A stretch of DNA of 38,354 nt from Octopus sinensis (lineage: Eukaryota). The DNA lies in contig NW_021835782.1 in the NCBI RefSeq assembly GCF_006345805.1, forward strand, positions 1 to 38,354, in the 5' to 3' direction. This document shows positions 9,521 through 22,839 of this stretch, piece by piece. The notes below the pieces were generated by a model. That model ran no database searches. It worked only from the letters and a program-made list of their open reading frames with translations, and was not told the origin of the DNA. The stretch's first letter is position 1, and each line of letters begins with the position of its first letter. The translations under genes and the position numbers were made by a program.

Positions 9521-10391
9521 TATATAGTCTGATCAATAAGTATCCGGACTGTTGCTATAGTACCGAAGTGAAAGCATGCAGAGTGAAGCCCCTTGGCACA
9601 GATTTACCTTGAACTCTGCTGTGCATTGCACTAAGATTTAACGTTCTAGCTCAATTCCACTGTTTACGATAGTACTTGGAAGGAACGTGTGTAGCGTGTG
9701 ATCATTGCGTGTGATCAGAGAATCTGCATCAAATTTTTCTAAAAGCTTGGCGATATCTGCTTAGAGGCCTATGCAAAGTTTTCAAAACGTTTTCATCGTT
9801 CTCGACGCAATTAAGGAAATCTTGTACACCTGAAACCTTTTTTGTTCAGCTGAGTACTTTTGGCACAAACTTGGCAGACATGCCTCTCATAGCTAAATCT
9901 TCAGTGATAATGGACTGAACTGAACCGTAACTAATTTGCCCATATTCTGATAACTCACGGATGGTGATTCGACGATTTCCCCTCACAGTTGCACGCACAT
10001 CTGCGATGTTTTTCTCAGTTCTGCTGATTGTAAGTCTCCCAGAATGCTCGTCAGTATCGACATTTTTTCGGCCATCTTGGAAACGTCTGAACCACTCGTG
10101 CGCTTGTGTGCGGCTCATACACTCCTATCCATACACTTTCTGCAACTTTGCGTAGGCCCCTGAGCAGGTATCGCCATGACAACTTTCTCTGTCATGGTCA
10201 ATGCGACGATCACACGCTACACACATTCCTTCCTAGCACTGCGGTAAACAGCGGAAGTGAGCTAGAACGTATAAAATTAGTGCGCATGCACAGCAAAGCT
10301 CAAGGTCACTCTTTGCCAAGGGGCTTCACTCTGCGTACTAGAACTTCGTTACTATGACAACAGTCCAAATACTTATTGATCAAACCTTGCA
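9521..10391 (-). mobile_element. Non-autonomous mariner derivative with ~250-bp inverted repeats (two 5' ends)
   Basis: Both ends read ..GT(C/T)TGATCAATAAGTAT..GGACTGTTG; 9521-9780 is the inverted homologue of 10140-10391; TA follows the right end. Confidence 0.85.
9846..10200 (-). pseudogene. Mariner transposase N-terminal HTH region
   Basis: MSRTQAHEWFRRFQDGR..DEHSGR...NRRITIRELSE...SAKFVPKVLS (WFxxF, RSGRP-like and WVPxxL-like motifs); no catalytic domain. Confidence 0.9.
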
Positions 10392-10507
10392 TAACCTGCA
10401 AAAACCGGTAAACCGTCCTTATGAGTCTAAATGACCCGGCAAGAAGCAAGAAGCTTTATCCTTTCTTGTACCTATTGGTCTACCTGGAGATAATGTAAAA
10501 AAAAAAA

Positions 10508-10592
10508 ACTTGCCCAATGTACCGTGCAGTGAGATTGAACTCGAAACAATTTAGTTGCAAAGCGAGCTTCTTAACTGCACAGTCATACCCAT
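10508..10592 (-). mobile_element. SINE family A head fragment
   Basis: ACTTGCCCAA.GTACCGTGCAGTGAGATTGAACTCG..AGCGAGCTTCTTAAC matches the family A head. Confidence 0.6.
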
Positions 10593-11364
10593 GTGACAGG
10601 ATTAAACCGACATGGTCACAGCAGGTACACCTCTGATTATATGTCTGCTTAACCCGGGGTTACCTGAAGCTAAACAACAACCATATCATCTACATATTGT
10701 TATATTTTAATTCTCTGTGCTGTATTCTATTCAAAACTAATAACTTCTCTTGATACTATCATATTTTAACCGACATATCTTCTTTAATAGAATATGTTTT
10801 CTTTACTTATAAAAATAGTCAAAATATCTCCAGAAATTCGTAACAATGTAATAGAGGGGACTTCATTTTGTGAAGTATGATTAGAAGAACAACATCTTGT
10901 TACAAGCTCACCTCTCCTGGATCTGCTCAATTAGAGTTATCAAAAGAAATAACACCACCATTACTGTAATTCGCACTTCATTAGTCCATCTCACATTGAA
11001 ACATCCAACGGTAGTCATAAACAGGTTTAAAAACAAAAGCAACATCGAATGAATTTAAAGCTGGGAGCAAGAACTCTCAAATGCGGTTTCTTTGCGCGAG
11101 CAAACTGAGAACTAAAACAAAAAGAAAAACAAAACAAAACAAAACAAGGTGTTATTAAACTCTGTCACTTTTGGTATTAAATCATCCATTCCAGTCTGGT
11201 AATTTACCATCTTTATAAAAGAATACAGCAAATGAATCTTCAGTAAACATTTATGGCGGTTCTTCTGCCAACCTTTCTTTGTCTTATTCCTTCGTCTTAT
11301 TCTTTGTTATTTTGCCAAAAGTATTAGGTTATTCTTTTAATGTCGTTATTTTCCTGATTCTGTT

Positions 11365-11449
11365 ATCATCATCATCGTCAGCGACGTCGTCGTCGTCATC
11401 ATCATCGTCATCATCATTACCATCATCATCATCATCGTCATCATTACCG

Positions 11450-11506
<57 letters not shown>

Positions 11507-11603
11507 CTACCATCATCATCATCACTACCATCATCATCATCACTACCATCATCATCATCACTACCATCATCATCATCACTACCATCATCATCATCATCAT
11601 CAT
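11365..11603. repeat. (TCA)n microsatellite with a higher-order 18-bp unit
   Basis: (TCA)n punctuated by TCACTACCA every 18 bp in the distal half. Confidence 0.9.
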
Positions 11604-11749
11604 TATCTCAAGATTAATGACGATGTTTGGGAGATGCTGTCTGTATTAATATTCAGTTAGAGATATGAAACACATAAGGTAACAATTTAAGTTAGTTAAC
11701 TCAATTACAGATGCGATTCGTCTTTGACAAAATTAACAGCTTTTCCGAA

Positions 11750-11781
<32 letters not shown>

Positions 11782-12556
11782 GCACGCACGCACGCACACG
11801 CACGCACACACGCACACACGCACGCACGCACACACACACACACACACACAAACAAATAAGATAAAACGCTAAATTATAATAAACAAATATATACCAATAA
11901 TAGTTTTAAGAGAACATAACTGAGTTGAAAGAAGGAAATATTTTAATCGCCAAATGGCGTGTGTTTCTTCATAAAACACACGTACATCAAAAATTGAACT
12001 GTCTAGACTGCTTCACCTCCTAATACATTCTGCAGAATTATTATTTTATTGTAAAGGGAAAATAACTCTTCCATATTTTACCAGTTACTGTTGCTGGTTG
12101 TCTATTCTGTGATAAAGGAACACAGTCTGAAACTTCGAATTTTCCCTCATTCATTCCTTACAGCGTAAAATTATTTACCTTGTTGGCCTGTTTCTTTGCT
12201 TGTTATTTATTTATTGTTTATTTATTTAGATTTGTTCTGAAATTTTTTTGGATACCATTTCTTGCCAAGGACTGCACGAAATCATACCACTGGAACTGCA
12301 ACGACGTCGTTTCTTCTGCAAAAAATAACAGCCAAATCTCTCTCAAATTTCATCCTACTCCCCTGAAAGGAAAAGAGGTCATTTTCGATTGGACAATCTT
12401 TGATACAGCATATGAATAAATAAATATAAACAGAGCTGTAACAGCAGAAATGTTACTGACCAAACTGAACCTGAAACTAAAATGAATATCGTGTGTGTGT
12501 GTATGTGTGTGTGTGCGCGCGCGCACGCGTCTACGCATAAAGGATTTATATATTCC

Positions 12557-12619
12557 CAAGGAGCCACGCAGTGGAACGGAACCCGGAACCATGTGTTTGG
12601 GAAGCAAACCTCTTACCAC
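12557..12619 (-). mobile_element. SINE family A head fragment
   Basis: CCAAGGAGCCACGCAGTGGAACGGAACCCGGAACCATGTG. Confidence 0.65.
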
Positions 12620-12798
12620 TCTCTCTCTCTCTCTGTCTATCCATCTATCTATCTTTTCATCTATCTCTATCTATCTATCCATCCATCTATTTATGTTTTT
12701 TATATGTATGTATGTAAGTATGTATGTATGTATGTATGTATGTATGTATGTATGTATGTATGTATGTATGTTTGTATGTCTGTATGTATGTATGCATG

Positions 12799-12861
<63 letters not shown>

Positions 12862-13087
12862 TTGTTTATCCAACTATCTAAATAATTAACAAAGATGTAC
12901 AGGTGCCAATATATTACGGCCGTCTCAAGCGACTCCGTTTAATTGATTAATGAAAACATTACATCAATTTGAAAGAAACCGCTCTCTTCAGATCACCATA
13001 TAGATTTCAATCATAAAGGATAAACCATTTTTAACAAATTTATATCAATAATAGCAGAAACCAAAACAATTACAATGTTTCCTTATG

Positions 13088-13145
<58 letters not shown>

Positions 13146-13225
13146 GTCTGTCTGTCTGCCTGTATTATCTATATGTCTGTCTGTCTGTCTATCTATATGT
13201 CTGTCTGTCCGTCTGTGTATCTATA

Positions 13226-13256
<31 letters not shown>

Positions 13257-13907
13257 ATGCGTTCAGAGCGACGAAACCGTTCTGCACACACTCGTGCAGT
13301 GTCCAACCATTTCCGACCTGTGGGCTTATGTCGTACGACTGCTGTCACGTGTGGGACGAGTCGGTTTATCAGCCGAGTCTATCGTCAATATCGTCACGCC
13401 TCCTTCCTTCAAACGAGAAGGAAGAGCTATTTTCATCATCCTTGTGGCTGTGGCGAAAGAATGTATCTGGTGGACGCGCCTGAAAGGATTAGAGACAAAC
13501 ACTTTCCTCACTGGTCGATCTCTTATCAACTTCTTTAAGTATCACTTGAAAAGGGTGAAAAAAAAGATGGGTGAATGTAGCAAGGATGGCATGTATGAAT
13601 GACGAAGCCACCTATGAACCCGGAAAAATTTAAAACAGAGAGTTACTTATTTGCAAATAAATGTGTTAACATGACATTATTGACCGAGGTTACCGTGGTC
13701 TTTTCTTTCCATGGATAAATCTTATCTGTTTCCCTCTTTACACTTTACACCATGACATTTCTGTGATACACGATTCCTATTGATCGCTTTTTTTTAACGA
13801 TCCCTTTTGTTCGAAAACCTACCCTCCTTTTTTATCTCCCCAAAAAGAAAAGCTCTATTTTGTAATTTGTCCCCTCTGTATTCAGCCCTGTGTGGCTAAT
13901 AAAGAAA
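13257..13907 (+). mobile_element. Tx1/L1-type LINE, short 5'-truncated copy 1, within (TATC)n
   Basis: [22 protein letters not shown]...[18 protein letters not shown] is homologous to 27727-28140; same 3' end GCCCTGTGTGGCTAATAAAGAAA; internal deletion near 13555. Confidence 0.92.
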
Positions 13908-14078
13908 TATATCTATCTATCTATCTATCTATCTAGCTATATATATATATATATATATATCTGTCAATCTATCCTTCTATCTATCTATCCATCTATCTAT
14001 ACATACATATATATATGTGTGTGTGTGTGTGTGTATGAATGTATATACATTTAAACATGCATATATATATATATATAT

Positions 14079-14136
<58 letters not shown>

Positions 14137-14218
14137 TATATTAAATTAGAGATAAAGCCACTATTAGGCAAATCACATACATATGTATGTATAGATAGAT
14201 AGAAGGATAGATTGACAG

Positions 14219-14270
<52 letters not shown>

Positions 14271-14890
14271 GATACACATATATATATATAAAGATAGATA
14301 GATACGCATATATATACATACATGTGTGTGTGTGTGTGTGTAAACTGATACATTTATGTTGATTTGAAAAAATGAAATTCTGAAGCTGAGAGAAAAGCTA
14401 AAAATCTGTGAAAGATAGATTTTCTTCTTTAAATCATTTACTATAAATAAAATTTAAAGAGAGAGTGAAGGAGAGAGAGAGAAAGAAAGAGAGAGAAAGA
14501 GAGAGGGAGAGACAGAGAGATAAAAATATTGATCTTGATGGAAAATTTCATTTTTTCTTTTTAATATTACGTAAGGGGTTTTAAATACTTTGAACCCTTC
14601 AATCTATTTTCGAAGAGTTTTAAAACGTGAAAACAAATTAATGATTTATGTATTCAAGAAATAAAACCGCTCCGCCATTGATATTTTCAAGTACTTAAAT
14701 ATCATATTGAAGAAACAAATGTGTGTGTGTGTGTGTGTGTGTTTTGTGTGCAGGTGTGTGTGTGTGTGTGTGTTTTGTGTGCAGGTGTGTGTGTGTGTGT
14801 GTGTAGTTTTCTTTTTTTGCATTCGGAAGAATTGTAGAAGAAAAAATGGTGTAAAAGTTAAGTTTGTAATGAATATATTTACTGTTGTTG

Positions 14891-14924
<34 letters not shown>

Positions 14925-15431
14925 GTTGGGGACGGTGGTACTCGAGGTACGTATTACAAACATTTTTACGACTTAGTTGTTTGTTATTCAGAACAACAAC
15001 AACAACAAAAAAAGGAGAAAAAAACTCGTAAATTCCACTTCATGGTGGTTTAAACTTTAATCGCGAAAATCTATTTCCAATCCTATTGTATATGCATTCA
15101 TTTGTGCGCGCGTGCGTGCGTGTATGTGCGTGTGTGAGTGAGCGTGTGTGTGTGTGAAAGTGTGTGTGTGTGTGTGTAAGTGTGTGTGTGCGTGTGTGTG
15201 TGTGCGTGTGTGTGTAAGTGTGTGTGTGTGCTTGTGTGTACTTATCGTACTTACGTATGAATCTATATGCACACACACACACACACGCACACACACATAC
15301 ACAAACACACAAACACATACACACACACACGAGAGAAAGAGACAAAGGGAGAGAGGGAGAAAGAGAGACATTCATATATATATTTTCGAAATTTATTTTG
15401 AATCCTATTGTCTCGATAATATATAAATGTT

Positions 15432-15474
15432 TATAGATAGATAGGAAGGTAGGTAGACAGACAGACAGATCGAT

Positions 15475-15529
<55 letters not shown>

Positions 15530-15541
15530 CTAACAGCCAGG

Positions 15542-15629
<88 letters not shown>

Positions 15630-15644
15630 AGACTAACAGCCAGG

Positions 15645-15723
<79 letters not shown>
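15432..15723. repeat. (GATA)n array with duplicated interruption GACTAACAGCCAGGTA
   Basis: Same interruption at ~15528 and ~15631. Confidence 0.9.
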
Positions 15724-15724
<1 letters not shown>

Positions 15725-16413
15725 ATATACAAGCAGATAGGAATATAGCTACATACCTAGATATATACATATATGCATACATACATTTTTGCATACACAC
15801 ACACCTCACACAGAGGCAAACACACACACGCTCATACAGACACATTTCAAAGGTGTTTTTTACCTTAATTTAATTTTTTTTTTTTTTCATTTATTGAATG
15901 ACTTTTTTTTTATCAATCTTAAACATTTTTCACCAACAAGAATTGTCGGAGAATATCATCTGAGGGACTTCTGCAGGCTGTCATATTTGGTTCCTTGCTT
16001 TCTATCATCAAAACTAGTATCTCCACGGCCACCAACACCATCCCCACCACCACCACCATCACCACCACGACCACTACCACCACCACTACCACCACCATAC
16101 TAACGGATTGTTTATAAAACTTGAAACACGTGTACCGCGATATCCTTTGTGTTCTGTTTTTAATTTTATTTGATATATATATATTATATATAGTATCTCA
16201 CAGAAATATATACACCCCTAAAAAATTTCAGTAAAATTGCCATTATTCTGATAATATCGAAGGAAATCAAACGAAATTCATACTGAGTAAAATACACGCA
16301 AACATTATACAAATTTGGAACACAAAACAATAACATTTCTCAAAGATATGAACGAAATATTAAATTTCATACGATGCAAAAATATGTACACCCTAAAGAA
16401 TTATTTGCTATAT

Positions 16414-17658
16414 TCGATATTTGGTGTGACCGCCCTTGCTTTCAATGACTGCATGACTTTTGGGCATAGAGTCGACTAAATTTCCGCACATAACCGATGA
16501 AATAGACTAGCATTCATCCTGAATGATGTCGTTCAACTGTTACATTTCAGGGTTTTTTCTCCTCAAACCTTCCTTTTCAAAAAACCCCACAGATGTTCTA
16601 TTGGGTTTAAATCAGGAGACATGGTAGGCCTAAGCATTACCTTTACCTTTTTATCTGATAAAAACAGAGTCGTCATCTTTGCAGTGTGTTTAGAGTCATT
16701 ATCATGTTGGAATATGGAATGTCTTCCTAGTTCCTCGATGCTTTTCAACATTGTTTTCTGCAATATGTCCCAATAAAGCCTTAAATCCATTGTTCTCTCA
16801 ATAACTGTAAGTCCTCTCAAACAAGCCACACTCATGCATCCCCAAAGGTAGGAGAGTCCAGTTTGCTGGACATTGTTGTAGAGCTGAAAAAGAAGTAATT
16901 TCTACTCTTCTCCTCTGGAAGCCATCTACTCGCAATACCAGAGGGCGCACACTCTCCTACCCTGATGTAATCTCCAGGGATACAGGCATCCAGCAACAGG
17001 ACCTCCGTAATGCTATGATGGACCGTGAAGTATGGCGTAACACAGTAAATTCCATTGTCTCGACCACGGTCGAACAATGATGATGATGATCCCCAAAGCA
17101 TAACCCTTCCCCCCGGCTTTCATGGTAGGCATGGTACATTTGTCACTATTTTCTTCACCTGGTCGTCGCCATATTCGTTTAATACAATCTGACCCAAACA
17201 AGCTGATTTTAGTCTCATCAGAAAAAGGAATTAAAACTCCTTCCTCTTATTCACATAGGTTTCGGCAAAAGAAAGATGACTTGATTTATGCCCGGTAGTG
17301 AGGAGAGGCTTCATACGAGGAAATGTATCCATGAAGACCACACTGGGTCAAACTTCGACGAACTGTTTCCACTAACAGAAGGCACTTCTTGAGTCAAAAA
17401 TGAAGCAGCGCGACGCCTGTCGTCCATCACGCAACGTTGGATGTGGCGAATATCACGCGCAGTTAAAACAGAAGGATGACTTGGACGATGTTTATTGCTC
17501 AGCCATCCAGTAGCTTTGTACTTCTGAATCACTTTGGCAACTGTGTTTACACCAAATTGTGTTCTTTTGCTAATTAACTTGTATCCGAAACCATTCTTGT
17601 GCAAATTGAAAATAATTTTCTTCAAATCTTCAGACAGTTCTTTGCCTTTTGGTGCCAT
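16414..17658 (-). pseudogene. Tc1 DD34E transposase, frameshifted and interrupted by an RTE insertion
   Basis: MAPKGKELSEDLKK..; FSDETKISLFGSD; FQHDNDSKH..SPDLNPIEHLW with 34 residues between D and E; C-terminal KGGHTKY. Confidence 0.92.
16848..17088 (+). mobile_element. RTE-clade LINE 3' end with (TGA)n tail and 10-bp TSD
   Basis: Stop-free frame RRVQFAGHCCRAEKEVISTLLLWKP...RDTG..DLRNAMMDREVWR..*; TSD ATCCCCAAAG at 16838-16847 and 17089-17098. Confidence 0.9.
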
Positions 17659-18632
17659 TTTGATAACAATGAAGATTTTCACCACGGCACACAAATCAGA
17701 ATTCTTGCAGCTGCAATAACAATGACCGGTGCAAAAATGCCAGGAGAAATAATTTATTAGAATTGAAATTATCAGAAATATCTAAATTTAGTAAGAAAAA
17801 AAGTGGATAAAATATTGAATATAGCAAATTTTCTTGAGGGCGTACATATTTTTGTAACGCTTGAAAATTAATATTTCATTCATATCTTTGAAAATGTTTA
17901 TTGTTTTGTGTTCCAAATTTGTATAACGTTTGTATGTATAGTATATTTTATTCAGTATAAATTTCATTTGATTTCTTTCGATATTATCAGAGTAATAGAA
18001 ATTTTACTGAAATTTTTAGAGGTGTACATACTTCTGTGAGATGAAAAAATAAGTTTCGAAAACGATTAAGGTCGTTCATCATTTTTCCAGTATTTTTTCA
18101 TCTACGGATGATGTTACCCAGGCAGCTGTCTAAAAGGTCATTACTCATTCACGCGAATCCGCTCCTCCCGGCAAAGAAGGCATTTCAAAGAGGAGGAGAG
18201 AAGAACGATCTAACAACATTCACGGAGAGACGACTTAAAGAAGTTAAGGGGTGATGGCCTGAAAGACCGGTACAAAAACTGCATTATGAACTGAATTCTA
18301 TTTGTTGTAAAAATAATTTAAAATAAGATGAAACCCTAGCTTCAGTTCTTGATAAATCTCAAAGAAAGGAGAGATAATTTCGAGAAATCTATATTAATAC
18401 AATAGTACGTTCCTACCTACCAGCATTTGATGTCGTACCCCAGACATTTTATTGAAACAAAGAAACATTTTACAGGCAAAAAATCATTCATATGAAACAG
18501 TATTAATTCATTTAAATGAGATGCTTAGGTCAGAAAATAAAACTTGCTTACAAACGAGTATAAGTTATCATAGATACTGATATCATATAACGAAAATATA
18601 TACATATATATATACACACACATATATATATA

Positions 18633-18669
18633 TAGATTGATAGATAGATAGATAGATAGATAGATAGAC

Positions 18670-18757
<88 letters not shown>
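18633..18757. repeat. (GATA)n microsatellite
   Basis: Direct tandem repeat. Confidence 0.95.
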
Positions 18758-18758
<1 letters not shown>

Positions 18759-19649
18759 TATACACACACACATATATATATAAACCAGGTGGAAAGATAA
18801 ATGGAACAGAAACGAGCATTGTTTCAGGGAGCCAAATATATAAAGAATATAGTTAAACTTCAATGATTAATGAAAATATGGCAGCGCAGAGTAAAGGTGT
18901 GTGTGTATATGTATGTGTGTGTGTGTGTGTGTGTGAGCGCGCGTGCGCGTCTAACAAGCGGCAGACGTAATTAAATGAAATAATGGCTCATCAATTTGCA
19001 ATGAGATCAGCAGAATATAGAAGGAAATAAAAAACACGAATTTAACCTTTATAGAATTCCATCCATTGATTGACATGTGAATGTGTGTGTGTGTATGTGT
19101 GTATGTGTGTGTGTGTGTGTGTGTGTGCGTGTGCGTGCGTGTGGGGGGGATGTACGCATGTAGATAGATAGGTAGATAGATAAATAGATATATAGACCGA
19201 CAGACAGACATAGACAGATAGATAGATGAAAGAATGGCTGGCTGGCTGGATGGATGGATGGATAGATGGATGAATGGATGGATGGATGGATGAATGGATG
19301 AATGGATGGATGGATGGATTGATCGATCGATCGACCGATCGCTGAATGAACATGTATGCAAATGAGTGAATCTGTGTACGCGGACCGGTGTGTCCATATA
19401 TTTATTATGAAGAGACAAGGGCGTCACCCATAGCCCTTTTCATGACCTCCAAGAGTGATAGAATGGCGACAGGAGAGCAAGCACCCTTAAACCGGAAACC
19501 TATCCCGGATGCTTTCCACAGAAAGGACTCCGCTAAAGGCACCGAAGATCCGTGGGGTGACGGATTATGTCTACAACTGATGCGGCGATTTGAACCCAGA
19601 ACGCAAGAGTCACAGCAAATATATCTCTAACCATCCAATAATTCACCAC

Positions 19650-19790
19650 CATCAACTGGTAAAGGTATCTACTGACCCTGGGAGGATGAAGAGTGATGTT
19701 GACCACAGTCGGGTTTTCCAACTCAGGACGCAGAAACCGGACTAAATACTGCTAGGCATTTCGTCCGGCATTGTAAGGATTCACCAATGG
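19650..19790 (-). mobile_element. Decayed SINE family D
   Basis: CTGACCCTGGGAGGATGAAG..GTTGACC..AACTCAGGACG..AAATACTGCTAGGCATTT resembles 7690-7790. Confidence 0.6.
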
Positions 19791-19804
19791 TTTTGTTGTT
19801 TTAA

Positions 19805-20170
19805 ACTCTCTCTCTCTCTCTCTCCCTCTTTCACTCACTCACTCTCCCTCGTTCTCTCTCTCTCTCTTTCACTCACTCACTCACCCACTCTCTATTGTTC
19901 TCTGTCTTTCTCTGTCTTTTTCACTCTCTCTTTTTCACTAACTCACTCTTATTCTCTTATTCTCTGTCATACTCTCTCTTCTCTCTCTCTCTTTCACTCA
20001 CTCACTCACTCTCTATTATTTTCTGTCTTTCTCTGTCTTTCTCTCTCTCTCTTTCACTCACTCACTCTCTATTATTCTCTGTCTTTCTCTGTCTTTCTCT
20101 CTCTCTTTCACTCACTCACTCTCTCTCTCTTGTTCTCCCCCCTCCTCCCCTTCTCTCTCTCTCTCTCTCT
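19805..20170. repeat. CT-rich compound micro/minisatellite
   Basis: Recurrent (CT)n-TTCACTCACTCACTC-TATT units of ~55-60 bp. Confidence 0.85.
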
Positions 20171-20384
20171 TATTGAATCTAATCAAATTCTAAATAAATT
20201 TCGGATTTGATGGTCAATGCTTGGAATTTTATTGTGCCATTACATCTCCCAGCGGCGCAGCGCCATTCGCTGTTCTGCATAATGTCAAAAACAGCGACGA
20301 GGCAACCTGAAGTGGTTGCGGGGCCGATGTGGAGGTCGCGGTGGGGAACCACCGAACAACAGTCTCTCAGTATCAAGAGAACCA

Positions 20385-20568
20385 TACTACAACTACAACT
20401 GATGCTACTACTACTACTACTACTACTACTACCACTACTACTACTACTACCACCACCACCACCACCACCACCACCACCACCACTACTACTACTACCACCA
20501 CCACCACCACCACTACTACTAATACCACCACCACCACCACTACTACTACTACTAATACCACCAACAAC

Positions 20569-20603
<35 letters not shown>

Positions 20604-20700
20604 CACCACCACTACTACTACTACTACCACCACCACCACCAACACTACTACTACTACTACTACTACTACTGCTGCTGCTGCCTCAACTGCCACTGCTACT
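20385..20700. repeat. Compound (ACT)n/(ACC)n trinucleotide array
   Basis: Direct repeats; source of the poly-T/L/P/V ORFs. Confidence 0.92.
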
Positions 20701-21346
20701 CTGTCAGATTAACTCTGTTGCCAGTCCTTTTTACTGACACAAGGAATAAACGACGGTAGCGGTGGACAAGATGGTGGCGATAAGGCTTGAAAATCTCATC
20801 AATGAAGCACTTCTCTGTGCTTCATTACAAATAATAAACTTTTCTGAATTACATTGCAGCACACCTGCTCCCAACCCCCAACACCCTCTGCTCACACTGT
20901 AGGTTTCTTTTTTCCTGCCACCTCTTTCCACCTGCTTTTTTTTTTTTTTTTTTCCTTATTTGTCCTGTTTGCTTTCACTTCATTAGAACTGGATAAAGGT
21001 CTTCCTGCAAATTGATCCGTTTCAACGCCATATTTTAATCTATAAAGGAGGCCTTGAATGCGTAATCTCTGCAGTCGACAGATTTTATGGCTGGTTGCCA
21101 CCGAAGACAAATTTTTCTCACACTAGTTTACCAAATGGTCGCTTTAAAACCACAATGAGAGCAACAAACACGCATAAAAAAAAAACGTTATTTTCTGTCG
21201 AAATCGTGTTCAAACTGTTAAACAGAGTTAAAACGTATTACAAGAAACCTTTTGTTAACAAAGGTAGCGGATGCATTTTTTGTTAGTCTCATTATTATTG
21301 GTGTTGTTGCTGTTGTTGATGTTGTTATTATTAACATCCACGTCAC

Positions 21347-21383
<37 letters not shown>

Positions 21384-21919
21384 TATTATCAACGGCATTT
21401 CGGCACTTTAACAAGCACAAAAGTGATATGCTGGGCAAATTGTGTAGGTTGAACGCTATTTTCCCCAATGAAAAGCCGGGGGCATCCAATATTTTAAGTG
21501 AAAATTTCCGATAGTTAAACGCATTTGATTATTTTTATCTCTCCTAGGAAACCGCCATTGCTTCTTTAATTAAATGAACTAATAATATATCTTTTATGGT
21601 CTTGTTTGCTTTTCGTAGAGGATTCATAACTGAAAGTTTCTATTGATTTTGTTATTAACTTCGCCATTTTTCTGTCAAGGATCTTTGTAGATCCTTTTAG
21701 AATAAAATCATATTTTCGTATTTTTTGTTTAAGTTATTGGAGAATAAATATCTTTGTTTTTATTTCATTATTGTGAAGGAATTGTTTTTAAATTTTAATC
21801 AGACATTGCTCAGCAGTTAAGCAATAAATTTGATCTACATGTCTAGACAAGTGGTTTTCAAAGATCTTAATCTCGGGACTCTTTCAGAGCACATAACCAT
21901 AATGTGGAACAAAATTTAA

Positions 21920-22640
<721 letters not shown>

Positions 22641-22695
22641 GCTTCTATTTAAGTTTCTATAATGATTATGATGATGATACCTTGATGTGGGTGTA

Positions 22696-22737
<42 letters not shown>

Positions 22738-22741
22738 CAGC

Positions 22742-22839
<98 letters not shown>

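Larger units (their letters stand above)
9372..10447 (+). mobile_element. SINE (family B-type head/core, family C-type tail) split by the mariner insertion at 9521-10391
   Basis: 9372-9500 matches the reverse complement of 1018-1145; 9504-9520 plus 10394-10447 match the reverse complement of 1951-2042. Confidence 0.65.
16191..18042 (-). mobile_element. Tc1-like transposon (IR/DR type) with ~230-bp TIRs
   Basis: 16191-16422 is the inverted repeat of 17810-18042; each TIR carries two direct repeats AAATAT(A/G)TACACCC; left end follows a TA-rich run. Confidence 0.92.

Noticed and set aside
11279-11617. ORF resembling a signal peptide plus poly-Ser
   Set aside because: (TCA)n repeat preceded by T-rich sequence; non-ATG start; no other support
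12960-12997. CTGAAGA on the minus strand as a possible HHR
   Set aside because: No GAAA in register and no stem I; the CTGATGA words at ~7752, ~17215 and ~23867 fail similarly or belong to SINE/Tc1 sequence
15040-15732. 230-aa ORF and the many similar IYLS, MYVC, THTH and CVCV ORFs
   Set aside because: Translations of GATA/TATG/CA repeats that lack stop codons
18050-18095. Hammerhead-like text on the minus strand (ATGATGA ACGA..TCGT TTTC GAAAC)
   Set aside because: C3 is missing, there are four extra nucleotides before GAAA, and no cleavage triplet or stem I; at best a decayed remnant
20207-20737. 176-aa poly-L/P ORF and overlapping poly-T/poly-V ORFs
   Set aside because: Produced by the (ACT)/(ACC) microsatellite; no domain or splice support
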